Part shown: piece after piece, positions 30,699 to 32,000 of the stretch
How positions within the stretch are numbered: position 1 is the first letter of the stretch
Layout of the letters: each line of letters begins with the position of its first letter
Assembly: GCF_035285525.1 (NCBI RefSeq)
Contig: NZ_JAYKGW010000210.1
Coordinates: 60,001 to 92,000, forward strand
Length of the DNA: 32,000 nt
Direction of reading: 5' to 3'
Origin: Okeania sp.
GTDB taxonomy: Bacteria; Cyanobacteriota; Cyanobacteriia; Cyanobacteriales; Microcoleaceae
Program-made: the position numbers and the translations under genes
The notes under the pieces: generated by a model
What the model was told of the DNA's origin: nothing
What the model saw: the letters and a program-made list of their open reading frames with translations, nothing else
Databases searched by the model: none

Positions 30699-32000
30699 TA
30701 ATAGGCGCACTTAAAGCTGTATTCAGTTCAGCACAACCTAATTTTTCCTCTAAAATAGCCATAACTTCACGACCAAAATCATTAGGGTTTCTTCCCCAAG
30801 CTTCCAGACAAACTTGACCAAAAAATGCACCTAAAGGTTCTGGGTTCCATAACAACTTTCTCGCAGTCCAAGGCATTAAACTCATCGGATCATATCCAGG
30901 TTTCAAGATGTCTTTTGAGAAAGCATAATCTTCTAAATGAGTGTGAGGTTGTAACCCAATAAAAAAGATAGCAGGTTCTACCTTATCAACTCCAAAAATT
31001 TTCTCTAGTTCTCGATGATAAGCAATAGTTTGCCTAATAGTTTCATAGGTCTCATCAATTACATTAAACGAGTAATTAACTGAAACTAAATCATTAAAAC
31101 CAGCAGCTTTTAAATCCCGACAATTTTCCAATACTACCCGTAAGTTATAACCCATTCGCATTTTCCTGACCAACTCTTGAGAACCACTGGTAATACCAAT
31201 CTCGAAATAATTCATCCCAGTCTTTACCATCAACTCGCACAACTGAGGAGTAAGGTTATCCGCACGAATATATGCTGCCCAATGAATATCATCCATCCCT
31301 GCATCCAGAATTTTTTGCAATAACTCCACGGCATCATTAATATACATCCTAGCAGGAATAAATTGAGCATCAGTAAACCAGAAATTACGAATACCGAGAT
31401 CGTATAGTTGCTTCATTTCTGCAACTACTTCATCAGCAGGATTAATACGAACTTGTTTGCCCTCAATAACTGTATAGACACAATAACAACAATTATGAGG
31501 ACAACCCCGTTTTGTTTGTACCCCAATGTAGAAATCTTGATCTTGCAGGTAATATACAAATTCCGGCCAGATAGTATTAATATATTTATAGTTGCAGGCA
31601 GTTTTTTCAATAGGAGCAGGTTTTTCGTGAACCAGGCGATCGCGCGGTGATGTTTCTCCTACCACATAGCATCGTTCATCACTAAAATTTTCCCCTCGAA
31701 TTAGTCTTTCTAACAAGACTTCTCCTTCTCCGACAGATACAATAGTACCATTAGGCAAACTACGACCTAGTTGTTCATAAAAAACACTTACTGCTCCACC
31801 CCCAACTATTGCACGAGTTTCTGGTCGATAAATTTTAGCTCTCTTTAGACCATGTTTAATTAGTCCTATGTTACGCCAGAGTTCTGTGTAATAAGAAGTT
31901 GCTAACCGTAGACCTCCCACTGCACCCCTCAGTTTAATCAGAGGGTTGTTCCCATAATAAAACTCGAAAGCATTTTGCAGAGGGTTGCCTCCACGGCCTC
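30649..32000 (-). CDS. B12-binding-domain radical SAM enzyme; CDS continues past the window end
   Basis: It carries the CxxxCxxC cluster motif (GCPHNCCYCVY). The track start (a GTG at 31920) is probably internal: the frame stays open to nt 32000 and reads GRGGNPLQNAFEFYYGNNPLIKLRGAVGGLRL..., which looks like the upstream B12-binding/Rossmann-like region. It resembles cyanobacterial proteins that I recall being named photosystem II high light acclimation radical SAM protein; that name is unverified here. Confidence 0.88.
   Translation of the reverse strand, partial: GRGGNPLQNAFEFYYGNNPLIKLRGAVGGLRLATSYYTELWRNIGLIKHGLKRAKIYRPETRAIVGGGAVSVFYEQLGRSLPNGTIVSVGEGEVLLERLIRGENFSDERCYVVGETSPRDRLVHEKPAPIEKTACNYKYINTIWPEFVYYLQDQDFYIGVQTKRGCPHNCCYCVYTVIEGKQVRINPADEVVAEMKQLYDLGIRNFWFTDAQFIPARMYINDAVELLQKILDAGMDDIHWAAYIRADNLTPQLCELMVKTGMNYFEIGITSGSQELVRKMRMGYNLRVVLENCRDLKAAGFNDLVSVNYSFNVIDETYETIRQTIAYHRELEKIFGVDKVEPAIFFIGLQPHTHLEDYAFSKDILKPGYDPMSLMPWTARKLLWNPEPLGAFFGQVCLEAWGRNPNDFGREVMAILEEKLGCAELNTALSAPIRTQKSEVKTQKLEVRG

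Noticed and set aside
31408-31650. Two short ORFs overlapping the radical SAM gene
   Set aside because: Out-of-frame or antisense shadows of a CDS with a clear CxxxCxxC radical SAM core.

Overview
The window looks like a chromosomal segment from a filamentous, Nostocales-type cyanobacterium. I infer this from 11 perfect HIP1 octamers (GCGATCGC, my count), many heptameric STRR-type tandem arrays, very dense MITE-like dispersed repeats, and cyanobacterial gene content. Intact ORFs cover only about 19 kb of the 32 kb (my sum). The remainder is repeat-filled intergenic DNA and gene relics.

Intact genes:
- A co-oriented trio: a GT-C-like membrane protein, a GT2 polyprenyl-phosphate glycosyltransferase and a TVP38/DedA-superfamily protein.
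- A DegT-type sugar aminotransferase, an ABC1/UbiB kinase, a small membrane protein and an SDR nucleotide-sugar epimerase.
- A DUF4079-DM13 fusion membrane protein.
- A secreted metzincin bracketed by ~145-bp inverted duplications.
- glgB, and an FtsL/DivIC-like bitopic coiled-coil protein upstream of ftsI.
- A 933-aa FG-GAP/Calx-beta/PPC protein.
- A phytol/polyprenol kinase, a 51-aa ORF and a B12-type radical SAM enzyme that runs off the window end.

Decayed genes:
- A methyltransferase fragment.
- An IS66-like transposase fragment.
- Two PIN-domain relics.
- An antitoxin with three in-frame stops.
- An Rpn/PD-(D/E)XK-like nuclease relic.

I found no rRNA, tRNA or CRISPR array, and I cannot point to a clear-cut new defence system. 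The most interesting candidates are:
- the inverted-repeat-bounded protease cassette;
- the FtsL-like gene next to ftsI;
- a (GGGGTGAT)n G-quadruplex-type array between those two genes;
- the GT-C/GT2/DedA glycosylation module;
- the DUF4079-DM13 fusion;
- STRR heptamers that have become coding sequence.

All family assignments come from motif recall, not database searches.
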